DNA of 58,487 nucleotides, filler included, from Dimargaris cristalligena (taxonomy: Eukaryota), in NCBI GenBank assembly GCA_003614675.1. It is 2 parts of 2 records of this genome, joined end to end, with 100 filler letters (N's around TTAATTAATTAA, not from the genome) between each part and the next. Parts side by side here need not be neighbours in the genome. Positions count along the whole stretch, not along the records: positions 1 to 29,200 come from ML002488.1; 1 more part is not named here. One strand, given 5' to 3'. The notes under the pieces were generated by a model. It made no database searches. It was given only the letters and a program-made list of their open reading frames with translations, and had not been told where the DNA came from. Position 1 is the first letter of the stretch. Each line of letters begins with the position of its first letter. Both the position numbers and the translations under genes were made by a program. Below, one piece after another: positions 14,945 to 27,582 of the stretch.

Positions 14945-16374
14945 GCTATTCTCGTTTGGACCAGCATCCATTCTTTCTTTCCTTGTATATTTATCCAAGT
15001 CCTCCGTGACCGATACATATCTGCCCATCCCATCCCCTTTGCGAATTGTATCGTTCTCTTCTGTGCTGTCCAAAAAATTGTTAATTATTATTTTACCTCT
15101 CTCCCTTCTTCTCATCAGCGGTGTTTTTTTTTATTAACTCATTTCTTCTTCACTCACATTGTTTTGTAATCCGACCTGTCTATTCTCTTCTATTTATTTA
15201 TTCATTCCCTCGACTATCTGTTTAACTTTTGGTCTGCCTTTATGTATCCCTTCATTTCTGTACCAGACCCGTTTGATACACGCGTACGCATACTTTTTCC
15301 ATTTTTCTAAAAATACTTATTCGTATTTAATATTGCTCTCCACTGGTACTGGTTTGGATAAATCCCAGGCTATACCTTATTCCTCGTTCTTATCGCATCT
15401 CCGAGGTATCTTCGATGTAGTTATTAAAAGCATGCAGTTTGGCTAATTTCCCCCACACTTCCACCCTATAATCGCTTCACTTAATTGAGGGTTTGCAGTA
15501 GATTACACCTTCTCGACACTAGCATGAAATGAATTGCTGACTGTAAAATCGAACAAGCCATTCATTGGGTTGTATAGTTCATAGGTGGTCAGAATACTAG
15601 GGGGTTTCATCCACAAAGCATGTAACAGAACAGTGGCGTATGGATGAATATCATGGGGCCACATGCATTGCTAGGACAGAGGGCTGCCGGATAGAGGTAA
15701 GTCCCGTACTTGGTTTGATGCGTCAATCTTATTTTGGATTATACCTTATCAACGGGTTATATGAGACGTGTTAACAATGCTAATTTCATAGTTAGTGGAC
15801 AGACATACCAGTTCACCCCCTACTATTTACGTAATGGGATATTATGTGGGAGACTCATATTTAACCAATATTATTTGCCGTATCCAACGTATGTTGCGTT
15901 ATACAGCCTGGTTAAACCTCTCCCGTATATAATATAATAACCAATACAATTATAGTCATGGGGTCGGGAAAGTCATGCCACCTCACCAAGAGAGAGAGAT
16001 ATATATATATAAACTTCCACTAAGGCCAGGAAGTTCCTTCTAATCAAACTGCCAAACTATTTTTGTCCATGATCTGCCCAAACTCCGAATAGCTGCGGAA
16101 TGGGTGGGTCGGTGGTAGAGCGGCTCCCAGACTAAGAAAAGGATCGTCGGTGGTGCTCTAGGCTAATTGGACCCGGGCCTCGTGCTCTAAAAACTTTTAA
16201 TTATATGGAATACCTTGCCTATAGGCCCAACTGGTATACCGCTTGGGTAGACCGCGATATTCTAATCTCAACAGGGTATTTGGCCCACCACCAGGCATTT
16301 ATGGAGGATTAAAGCCGTTGAATACCAATTTAAATTATTTTAGTATAATTTAAAATATAAAATCCAGAATATGA

Positions 16375-16447
16375 GCCCGGATAGCTCAGCTGGTAGAGCG
16401 TGAGGCTTTTAACCTTAATGTCGAGGGTTCGAGCCCCTCTTCGGGCG
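16375..16447 (+). tRNA. tRNA-Lys (anticodon UUU), intronless
   Basis: Acceptor stem GCCCGGA/TTCGGGC, D arm TAGCTCAGCTGGTAGAGC, anticodon arm TGAGG-CTTTTAA-CCTTA, T arm GAGGGTTCGAGCCCCTC. A Pol III T-run follows at about 16452-16457. Confidence 0.97.
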
Positions 16448-17510
16448 AATATTTTTCTTGGATATTTAAAATACCTATTTTATTTTACGTGTTCATTTTT
16501 CTCTATTAATTAATGAAGAGGAATTCAGTCTAGCGGTGTACTGAAGACAGCCCTTAAGTAATGCTGATATTTATAATGAATAATACAACATTTTCTACAA
16601 ATGAGATGGATATTTCCTCAGGATATTAGAGGTTGTGGTTTTTGGGCCAAAACTGAATAATCTACAGTAGCAGAGAGGGTCTCTAGTATATAGCTGCTAC
16701 ATAATATCAACCAGGGTGATGGGGATCGTCATCCATTGTGAGGACGTGCGAAAATGATATAATATAGAAAAGGGTGGTGAGTAACATAAATCTGGAATCT
16801 AAATGATCTGATATGGGGGTTATTATGAGTAACCGGGTAGGGCACATGCGGATCCAGGCAAAAATAATCATTTATTGTCTTGTTCATAATAGTGTTGATT
16901 AGGGTGTGTAGAAGGAATGTGGTAAGGGCGTGGACAATTGATGGTTTATATAGTCGATGATTAAGCGGAGTGCTTCTTGACTGGGATGAGGGGACTATAC
17001 TCTATTGCTATATTATTTGGTGCAATTGGAAACGGCCTAAAGTGCCATTGCTTTATTTTTTCACTTTTATGCCGGGCAGAGGTGGTGTGGGAAGTAAATC
17101 TGGGGTGGTGCAGGGGAGATGGGCGAATGGGGCGCTTTAAGGCATGTGATAGGGGAGAAGGCTCCTCCTTTCGTTTGCCCCAACAGGCGGGGATGGATAC
17201 TATGTTATATGTTATGTAGCACGGGATAGTCGAGGCTGCAGCTGGTTGGCTATATATTGAAGTACATTTATATAGGAGGAGATATGGTGGTTGTTAATCA
17301 TGGTAGCAACTTTCTGGATTACTATAAAATACATCCCGTCCATACCATACCATACTGCCCATTTGGGATCACTGGTATGCTCTTCACGTGCTGTGGGTGC
17401 CCTCCTCCTTACACGGCAAACTCCGTTGCTATGGTATCCGAAAGACATGTGTTAAGCAGCAGAATAGGGTGAGCGGGTTATTCGGCCGGACATTTCCACT
17501 CGCTCTATAA

Positions 17511-17585
17511 TAGTAGCTCTCTCTCTCCCAGTAGTAGTAGCTCTCTCTCTCTCCCAGTAGTAGTAGCTCTCTCTCTCTCTCCCAG
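17511..17585. repeat. Three-copy compound tandem repeat (TAG)2-3(CT)n CCCAG
   Basis: TAGTAGCTCTCTCTCTCCCAG, TAGTAGTAGCTCTCTCTCTCTCCCAG, TAGTAGTAGCTCTCTCTCTCTCTCCCAG read directly from the sequence. Confidence 0.9.
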
Positions 17586-18433
17586 TGCAGTGCCATTTAA
17601 TCTGATCCCCCCCTTTCCCTCCTTATACAACACGCATACAATAGCGCACAACTTGCTAGCCAGCGGCAATCAATCAATCAATCAATAGTATGTCCATGGC
17701 ATCTTTTTTTAAAAAAAGCACCAATCGCGGTGGTTGGAAATGGGACCCTGTCTAATTGGACCTATCCACTACTTCTTATATCCCCCATGTACGGTGGCGT
17801 CCTTGGCAGCTGAAAATTCGCCCACTCCAATAATACCTCCTCACTCTCTATATGCTATATGCGCATATAGAGTAGACGTGGTATTATAATAAATAAGTAT
17901 AATAGTAATAATAATTGATGATGGTCAGGCCATTATTATCAACAGCTCTTTCTTTCTCTCTCTGCCTGGTAAAACATCCCGCACCTTTTATGTCTTTTGA
18001 ACCACTCATTTACTCTAGAATAGTCGTGACTTTCCAGTCAGAAGCCCGCTCAGTCAGCCTTTCTTTCTTCATTTCTTCTTTCTCTAATTCTCCGGCCAAA
18101 CCTTTTCTATTCTTTTACTCTCTTTGGTCTTTCTGCTGCCTTCGTTTCTTGGTGACGACTATTCCGCATTCGTTCCTACATAATAGTCCTATAATTGCCC
18201 CGACGATCCACGCATTCTTTCCTGCTACTCTCCAGCCTGCGCAGTCCTTTATTCTTACCCGCTTGCCTATTATATATCTATATCATACATAGCGCTGGCT
18301 CCTCCTCCCCTGGGCCCTGAGACTCGTGCTAACCATAGCCGGTAGAAGAGAAGAGTCCTGCCCCTTTCCTTTTAACCTATACTACAACCGCCCCTCTCTC
18401 GCCTGCCGTAAGTGTGGTACAGACTGTATCCGT

Positions 18434-20838
18434 ATGGCCGCCTCCCCCACAGCTCCCCCCCGCACAAGCCCACCGGCTTCACCCAAAGAGGACTTTGCCA
18501 CCTCCCGTCGCTCCCCCATCCAGGTTTTAACCCTGGCGTCCGAGGGTGTCCCGGCTTCTTCCGCTTCCTCACCCATAGTTTCCGCCAAGTCCCGCATCTC
18601 CGTCATGGACCTATGCCACGCCTCCAATAGCCTGCCTTCCACCCTTTCCACAACTGCCCCTGTCTTCTTAGATACAACTACCCATCACGATGCCGAGGTC
18701 CAGCTGGCCGCCCAGGCCCTAGGCCAACTAGGTGGGTGTGCTACCGTCCTACCTGCCGGCTGTAGCGACGACTTCATGTCCCGCGTCTCTAACTATCCCT
18801 TGGTTAACACGGCCCTTCGTTTCTACCAGACTTCGAAAGCGAACTCGCGCGTGGTCAAATACGGCGCCGAGACTATGGAATACTCCGTTAAGTCTATTTG
18901 CCGGCCGGTCCTTGATCGATTTGAACCCAATTTGGCTGACCTGGACGATTTTGCTTGCAAGCAGTTAGATAAGGTAGGTTCCATACACCCTTCTCGATGT
19001 AATAATTCTTCGCGGGGCACCTTTGTATCAACTGAAACAGCCCGTCGTTCCTGGCTGCTCTTCTGGCCGAGTCCACTTATAGTGTTCCCGACGCCCCTCC
19101 CCCTCCCCTGCCGGCATATTAATAATAGTTGATATTTATATTTATAATTGCATTAAATATCTGCGCTTAGATTGAGCGGCATTACAGGACCAACTCTACC
19201 TCCGAGGTCGTTGCATTGGACCCCGTCCCTATATCACAGGCGGTCTCCACCGCCACGAGGTCTCCCCCGATGGGCCCCGCCAATATCCGAAAGCGCACCA
19301 ACCTCCGGCGGGCCCAGGAGGAAGACGAAGCCGCCCGGTATCACCCACTGAATCACTTCCCGACCACCTCCACAGTAGGAGAAACGTTGATGGACACAGA
19401 TGAACCCCAACAGGCCCTAGTCACTCGGTTCCCCCAAGACCCGGCCCACCGCCACACGGAAGGCGACCACCGGGATAGTAACCCATCGAACCAGCCGCGC
19501 ACCTGGTGGCAGCAAGTACTCGTGGGAGCGGGTACCGGCGCCTTGGTCTTCAGCGAAGATAGCATGCGTCGCATCAAATACTGCTTAGACTGGCTACAGT
19601 ACGCCGCCAACCATATTCAACTACAAATCAATACTCTGCGGGAGGTAATCCTCACTCTCCAGCAAACCCTGATGGGCAACCCCGCCCCAGCTCCTCAAGG
19701 CGAAGAGGACGATCACCCGGGCGCCGTAATGCGCCGAACCATGTCGCCCGTGTTGTCCCGATTAGCCAAGACTAAACGGGAAATTGTCATGACCATGAAG
19801 AAAGTCATTTCAATTATGAGCCAGTATGCCGGGTCGGCCCTCCCTGCCGAGGCCAGGCGTCACGTACGCACCTTAATTATGAGTCTGCCCAATCGGTGGG
19901 CCGTCATTGACCCCCACTCCGCTCCCGGTTCACGGTCCGGCTCTGCTTCACCCGCCTTTTCCGCCTCCCCCAGTTTGTCACCTGCCTTTTCCTCCCACCT
20001 CCACCCGGGTGCTCGGATAAACCCTATTGCCCACTCGGAAGCCAATGCCCGCAAAATCCTGAATTTTGCCACTGAGTCGCAAGTCGTGCTCAATAACGTA
20101 ACGGGTGTCTTCACCGATATTTTTGAAGGGGCCCAGGGCTGGCGCCAGACTTTCCGCGGTCTAGGGTTTAATGTGAGTGCCGAAGAGGGGGGTATGGACA
20201 CTGAATTATCCCATCTTTCATCATCTTCGGGGGTACCGACGACCTCCACTCCGCCAGATAAGCGTAAGTCACCTTCATCGGTCTGTTCCGGATCTTCTCA
20301 GTACGGCACTCCGCTGGCCACCCCGACTTATTCACAGCCGGGTCCCACTAATGGTAATGGGTACCGTCCACCTGGGCACGACGCGGTTAACTTACCCGCC
20401 ATCGCCTCGGTGACCGCTTCTACCTATGCATCGGGGTCGGCGGAAATGGGGCACCGCGAAAGCGACGACGGCGACCATGATATTATGGCCAACAACCACC
20501 CCAAGCGTAACAAGACTTCTGGCTGGTCCAGCAGTACTGGCCTATCTAACAAGCGCCTAAGTCCCCGAGTGTCACATTCATCCCTAACGATGAACACTGG
20601 CTCAATGGCGGGTCCTTGTGCTATGGCCAACGGCAGTCGTAGCCCCGGTGCTTCAACCACCACCACTACTCTAAGCCGCCCAACCCCCCAATGGGCCACG
20701 GACTCTTTCCATTGCGATACTCCCCACCAAAGTTCTACTGGCCTACCGTCGGCTTCCCTAACCAACCCCCACTTACCCACTCTGACCCCTGGCGTTTCTC
20801 GGTCTGCCGATATGCAAACTGATGGGTTGATGCGCTAA
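18434..20838 (+). CDS. OPI1: Opi1-family transcriptional repressor; 2 exons
   Basis: Exon 1 18434-18973 (donor GTAGGT); exon 2 19171-20838 (acceptor CTTAG), phase 0. Opi1-family motifs AAQALGQL, FMSRVSNYPLVNTALRFYQTSKANSRVVKYGAETME, LDDFACKQLDKIE, SEDSMRRIKYCLDWLQYA, KREIVMTMKKVISIMSQYAGSALPAEARRHVRTLIMSLPNRW. Confidence 0.9.
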
Positions 20839-23237
20839 AGGTGGCGAGGTTAAGGGACCTGGCCTTAATCCTTGTCCGTTATCTATACCCTTTTTATATA
20901 CTAAGCCGCAGTTGCCTGATGCTTTTCTTTGAGGTTTTCCCCAAACAAGTCAGTACATACCCTATACACACACATATATACAATCCAAGGGAATCCACCT
21001 GCTTTATTCCTATTTTTGGCAAACTTTTGTACAGCTGACTTGGATTATTGGCATTTTGCTATTCTCACCTTACTTGGTTGCCTCGTCTTCTCTACATACC
21101 AACTATTGCCCCCACCACATACGCATATACCTGTTAATGATGATTAGTTATGTTGATTTTTCTCCCACTCTCGGACACTCCTCTCCCACCTCCTACCTTT
21201 CATCTTTTAATATTTACATATATATATATATTTATGTCCTTATAGCCCACCTGCCCTTCCTTCTCTCTCTCTCTCTTCCTTATGCTTTTCTGTTGATTAA
21301 GCGTATGTATTCTATCTGTGACCTGTTCAGCCTCGGGCGATTGCGATGAGTCTCAAACCGAGAACACCTATTGTTAATCACGGACCTCGTCATCTTATTT
21401 TCCCACAATTTTGGACCCTAGCTATAAACCACCAAGTTCTATCTGTATACATGGTATGGCTGAATACGCCCGGCGCTTATTCGAAGATGAAGGGGGGCGG
21501 GAGTGGGCATATACCCTCCTATACAATGTGTACATGCTCAAGTGCTCCATTGATTATCTGCCATTTGGTTGACCTACAAGAGTGAACCAAGACAGTCACA
21601 ATGATGTCGACCCATCGTTTAATAGAGCAGGTAAATCAGCGATCAACATGCGGGGGAGGGGGAATTCACTACAACGCCCTGCCCAAATCATATTTTCCTA
21701 TACTATGATCCCTTTCGGTGACTATTGGTTCTCAATTGAGTCTACATTACGCCGAAGTAAAAATGGATGAGGAGGAAGGAGGTCACTTTCGTTCATGCGG
21801 CTACTCCGAATCAATTGATTATGCCTGCCCATGACCCATCCCGGAGTCTAGGGTATTTTAGGGCTGTTCTTGTTTTTTTACTGTTTGCACCATAGATTTG
21901 TTTTTCGTATTGATAAGGTAGCAGGCCATTGTCTAAACCTCGTCAAGGTTAAACCTTCTACTAACTGACAGGAATGGCAACTAGGATGCCTCTGTAGGTA
22001 CGTGCGGCAGACTCACTGCGGCTCAGTACCATCTATTATATATTACGCACCACTCTTTCTACATACACTAACCTCTACGGGTTTTATAACCATGGCAATG
22101 GGGCACTGCCGAAAAATAATAATACACAAGGTAATAAGGTGGGCATGAAACACACACACACACGCACACGCACCAGCCACATTCGGGTGAGCGGTAATAG
22201 TATAAATATGTATAGGTGTAGATAATCGTAGTATGCGGGGAATTACGGCCGGCCTCATCCTTCCCATCCTACATCCGGGTCGGTTATTAGGTGAATCATT
22301 CTTGGCTAAATCATTATTTATTCCATGGGTTGTTCAAAGAAGGTAATTTGTATTACTTTATTCTCCACTCCACTCCACTCCCCTTATCTTTCCTTCCCTC
22401 TGCCCCTTCCCTCTCGCACTGTACAGGGTATAAATGACTAAGTCCTGCTGTGCAATGTAAACCAGATTTAATGGGCCCGACTTAACTGGCACTAAATAGA
22501 ATCCCCGCCTATTTGCTTGGGTTGGTTTATTCAATATTATTCACACAAGTGGGTTTAGGGCCAATTGGTGTATGCTTAACGAAGCTATATAGTCGAAAAT
22601 AGCGATGCCCATCCTTTTACTCACTCACTCACCCACTAAATCTAATAGAATTTATTTATTTAAATACGGGCTATGGGAGTTGGTAGAGCAAGGCTTTCGA
22701 TGGTCACCCGTATAACAATGATGCGGATATTCCCCCGGTCTTTGTTACTACATAAACATACCTGTTGGGATAATGGCCAAGACAGACTGTGGATCGTCCC
22801 TTTCGGATACGATGGTTTTATCCCAGGGAGATTATTGGCCCTAGCACAAAACAGGTGGGGCGGGACTGCGCCCAAGTGTCTCTTCGCGATGACCGCCGCC
22901 GGCTCCTCCTCCCCCTTCAACTATTACTATCTTACACTGGCCTTTTAGTGATGGCAGATGGACTGTTCGCCAAGATCTCCCGCCTCCCCGAGACTTTTCC
23001 CGTAGGTATATTTATATTTAAAGCCGGTCGGCCGGTCCGTTAACTGGCATGTACCATTCATTTCATTGCATTTCATCTCTAAACTCTCCCCCACCTTTTC
23101 GCTCCCGTTATATCTTGGATAACACATTTTATACAGAGTAATATATATATATATATATATATAAATTCTATTCGACCCGTTCATTAATTTGGGATCCTTC
23201 CTACACTACACTACGCCCCTACTCCTACGACTTCGCC

Positions 23238-23435
23238 ATGAACCTCGTATTTCGGCACCAGCTCATTATCCTGGTAGTCTTGTTCGTCTGCTTAAGCCAT
23301 GTCATGGTTGTGCATGGTGGAATTATCAGCGGGATTAAGTCCAAATTCACTACCATGAAGACGGATTGGAAAAAAATAAGAGCCGATAGCAATAGACGCC
23401 ATAGTGCAAATATGGACAAGTACGCAAATTACTGA
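23238..23435 (+). CDS. Small secreted peptide precursor (signal peptide + cationic amphipathic helix); C-terminus may be spliced
   Basis: GCCATG start downstream of an (AT)n-ATAAA TATA-like element (23141-23165). Hydrophobic core LIILVVLFVCL with a V-H-G signal-peptidase site. A possible intron 23420-23572 (GTACGC..TTTATAG) would alter the C-terminus. Confidence 0.6.
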   Translation: MNLVFRHQLIILVVLFVCLSHVMVVHGGIISGIKSKFTTMKTDWKKIRADSNRRHSANMDKYANY

Positions 23436-24278
23436 GCCTGATATTACCTTTCGGATTCTATTGACCCATTTTCGCATACACCCGCTCTCTTCGCTTCTTT
23501 TCACCCATGTTGGCTGATTTAGTTGCCCTCCTTCCCATATATCCCCCCTTTTTTTTCACTCGGCCTTTATAGATCATTTAACAACGTAGCCATAGATATC
23601 TCCGCACATTACGGCATATCCCTAGTATCATTTTTCAATAAACTCCGATTAGCAATTGTCTGTGGTGGTCGTTGAACTTGGTCTAGTGTACGCTCCCTCC
23701 ATTCCTACAAATCACCAATTCAAACAAGGAGTACTCCTTCATGATACCGGCGAGGGCCGTCTGAATGTAACCGGCTCTCTTTAAGTCGCCACCTCCTAAA
23801 GCACGAGTCAAACTGAACCCATATATCACAGCTCAGTGTATGCTACTGCGCCACCGCCCCTCTCTCACCAGGCATAGTAGCTCCAACTCTAGGCCCAATT
23901 CACTTGTAAGCTGACTTTGGGCCTCGCTGGATTCCTCCTACCCTGGTCTACATTTCGCCTCCCTTCTTCTCCAAGACTAATTTGTTCTCATATATATATA
24001 TATATAAATTCTCTATTGACGCGATTGCTCTGGGCTTACCCAATGCCCGACCGATCAGAAAACACTCCTACGTAATATCTACACCGTGGTTGAGTCCCAT
24101 GGACGGTCCCAAATAGTTGCTTTTTCTGGAGTCTAGTTCACTACCTTTTTACAATTCCCTTTTTTTTTAAAAAAAAATAAATAGCTACTCTCATTGCATA
24201 ATTTTCCCCTTTATTAAGACCGGTTGCTGCCAGTATCCTCCCGCTCCACCCGACGCCTCTACAACCCTCACCCCAGCC

Positions 24279-26023
24279 ATGGCCACCCATTCCCATACCC
24301 TGCTCTGCCGCATGAAGCGGGAGTGGGAGATACTGACCCGGAATCTCCCGGCTGGTATTATATGCCACCCTGAAGGGGATTCACTAGTGCGTTGGAAAGC
24401 CCTGATTAAAGGCCCTCGCGATACCCCTTACGAAGGCGGCCGGTTTGAACTCCGCGTCAGTATACCCGACAGGTAAGCAAATAACAACGCCTGGCTCCTT
24501 CAAGACAAACCGGCGAGCCATGTGTTGTCTTAGCCTGTGGGCGCTTTAATCTATTATACAGAGGGTTGTTGCCCTGAATGGGGTGCCGTATCATCTAGTT
24601 TTGTAGTGTAGAGTAGTAGGGACGATCTTTTCCGTGGTCCAGTTAGTTATATACCCGGCCTTCGCATTGATATCTGATATATCTCATGTGGACGGAACAT
24701 GCATGCTTCGTTATCCCCCGCGATCACAGGTATCCGTATGTGCCCCCACAAATCCAATTCGTGACCTCAGTCTACCATCCCAACATCGACCGGGAAGGCC
24801 GCATCTGTCTCGACCTTCTTAAAATGCCCCCCAAGGTAAGCACAGCCGATCCCTGACCATAGTGATTGGTCACCAGCAATTGAATACATGATTGCGAATG
24901 CTCAAGAGGTAGAGCTTTACCCGTACATATCCCTCGACCACTCATCACTATTATGAATCATATCCCTCTATTCGTGAATCGCCATGTAGGGAGGCTGGAA
25001 GCCGGCATTAAATGTATCAACTGTCTTGACCTCCCTCTACCTGCTTCTGTCCGAGCCAAATCCCAACGATCCACTTCTGGCCGATGTGGTAAGTAACCAT
25101 GTATTCTTTCGCATTTTAGCTGGGGTTCAGTACAATGAGATGTGGCGGACTAGTTTTTGTCTCGATTTATAGAATTCTTTATATCAGCCATTCGCCACAG
25201 TGTACCATCTTGGTGTCCCATAATCTGGATGGCTAACCCGGGAGCGACAAATCAAACTGCTTTACTTTATATATGACATTGCTTACCGGTGGATTTTTAT
25301 GACTAGGCGGCTGAATTTCGGGAAAACCGGCCACTGTTTAATGAAAAGGCGCGAAGATGGACTTCGCAATACGCCACTATCCAGGATGATGAAGAATCGA
25401 CAGCCCCAGCTTCTGATGAAGTGGGCATGAAAGAAAATCTAGAGGCCCCGACCGCTGCAGTCCCACCACTAATCCCTGCGGACCCGCAATTGCCTGCCCA
25501 AGTTGCTAAAGACCGAAAGCACTCGAACCTCAAGCTTAAGCGTTCGAAAAATAATACGGCGTCCTCTATGCCTTCAGCCAATAGCCCGGCGAAGAAGGGT
25601 CAGCCGGTACCTCAAGCTGCTACGCCGATGGCCACTCCCGCCAAACGGAAATCTAAAGCCTGGAAAGTCACCGCTGTGGACCCCCCTAAATCCCTTAGGA
25701 AACCCAAAAAAGCATCACCAGCTCCCTTGAAAACCACAGAAATAGTAATTCCAGCCACGTCTTCCCCCAGCCCACCCACAGCGGAACAACCCAAACCTCC
25801 AGGGCTACCGTTGCCACCTCCCACTATTTCTCCAATGCCCCCGACTTCGGAGGGACCACTTGGTACTCCAGTTCCCAAGCCCATGGTTCGCTCATACAGC
25901 TATGAGAATTTAAAAGAAGAATTTGGTGATATTCCCGACGTTTTACCCGCAACCGTTCGAGGTAAGCGCCATATTTTTAAGCGAGGCTCCTACGACCAAT
26001 CCAAGAAACCACGTCCTGATTAA
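24279..26023 (+). CDS. UBE2T: Ubiquitin-conjugating enzyme E2 T-like (UBE2T/FANCT) with long Pro/Lys-rich C-terminal tail; 4 exons
   Basis: Exons 24279-24472, 24730-24835, 24990-25088, 25307-26023 join in frame. E2 core [47 protein letters not shown]; the LK.PPKG.W insertion after the catalytic Cys is characteristic of UBE2T. Confidence 0.88.
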
Positions 26024-26817
26024 TTTCTGGTGAAATTGGCCTTGAATGGTTTACTTTACATCCACCCCCACACTCTTACGTCCCCATTTCATCAATCATT
26101 GTTGTACGATTCGTTAGTTGCTTGATCGATAGCTTCACCTGTACTATGTGATACGTCTGATTGTCGTCCACCGCATTCTAAACTCCTGTTATTGCCCCAC
26201 CATTTTATAACCGCCTCTTTGGTACTAAAGCATTGCGTGGTTAGTTGTAATTTTTTTTTACCATTGGCAATTCATTAATAAATCTTCCTGCAGTAACTTC
26301 TATGAAGACCATACTGTACTGCTTTGGTTTAGGAGAGACCTCCATACCGACACGAGCTGGCATTATGTCCTGCAATACTTAGTATGGCGTTGTTGTTTTT
26401 GAACAGTAGCTTGCAGAACTCCCGTCTAAAAATCCTGGCATCGGACCTCGCTTAACCAATACAGCTTTAGCATGCTTGCAACTTTACCAGCTTGGTATTC
26501 GTCGGGGGCTTTACAGTTTTTATTAGTAACCGAAATTTACCTGCCCTTTCCCAGTTCCTTGCCCTCTGCGCTCCGGTTTACATTTCGGCTGTAATGGTTC
26601 GCGAATGCGTCGGCTCATTCCGCCTCTTATAGCACCGTTGCCCTTTTGCAACTGTATTCGAGTTCGCGCCTGAGACCGTGTCTGTACAATATTAAACACC
26701 ACCTCTCTCTCTCTCTCTCCCTCGAGCTTCCCCCTCCTTCCCCTCCATCTCCCTTCCCCATTTCCCTCAATACACCTTCCTCTCTTCTTTTTTTTTTTGC
26801 TTCGAAGGTTCTTGTTC

Positions 26818-27582
26818 ATGGATGCCGCCCACCAGAAACGCGAACTCCAGGGGGCGCTTTATAAATATGACACGTGTTTGAAGTCCCACACGATTGTTCC
26901 TATAGCCCAACTCCGCCCAGCGCAGAATTGCTCCTCCTGGCCGGCCCGGCATGGGACCGAAGTCCCCCATTTCGCCGCCTGCATTACATTACTCGAAGGC
27001 CCTGAACTTTGGGTAATCGTGGGAACCGACGGTTACCAGGTGAGTGTCACGGGTTTAGTTTAATTGATTTGGTATTGACCTGGTGTTCACCTCAGGTTCG
27101 TTTTTTTAATATATATTTATATGACTGGCCTTAACTTGACGATGGGTCGAAAAACCCAATAGTGCTGCTCTCTCAATCTAATCGATTCAACCGGTCCCGT
27201 GACCATACTAAATGGCAACTAGCTTATAGTGAACCCTGTGCTAATTCGATCTTTTTATTAATTTGGTTGATTTGCGTAGGTTATTCATACAACCCTACTT
27301 GAGGAGAACCAGGGGCAAGTCCCGGAAGTAGAAGTCAACCCGTCTACGATTGATCTCCCGCGGGGATTCGGAGGAATTTCGCCCCAGCGCTGTGCGTCGC
27401 CGGACCAGCCGGATGGTAATGATCCGGACATTTCCGATACTAAATCAGACCCGGAGACGGCGTGCTACGAAACCATGGAAGATCTGCTACGCAAATACAG
27501 CCCAGAGTTTGACTTGGCACGGTTCGCTTATATAACCCGGCAACTCGAGGCGTTCCGTGATGAACAATCGGAGCTGCCGTAG
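26818..27582 (+). CDS. GSKIP / DUF727-domain protein; 2 exons
   Basis: Exon 1 26818-27039 (donor GTGAGT); exon 2 27280-27582 (acceptor CGTAG), phase 0. ITLLEGPELWVIVGTDGYQV and YETMEDLLRKYSPEFDLARFAYITRQLEAF resemble the GSKIP domain pattern YET...LL...SP.Y...F...L...LEAL. Confidence 0.75.
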
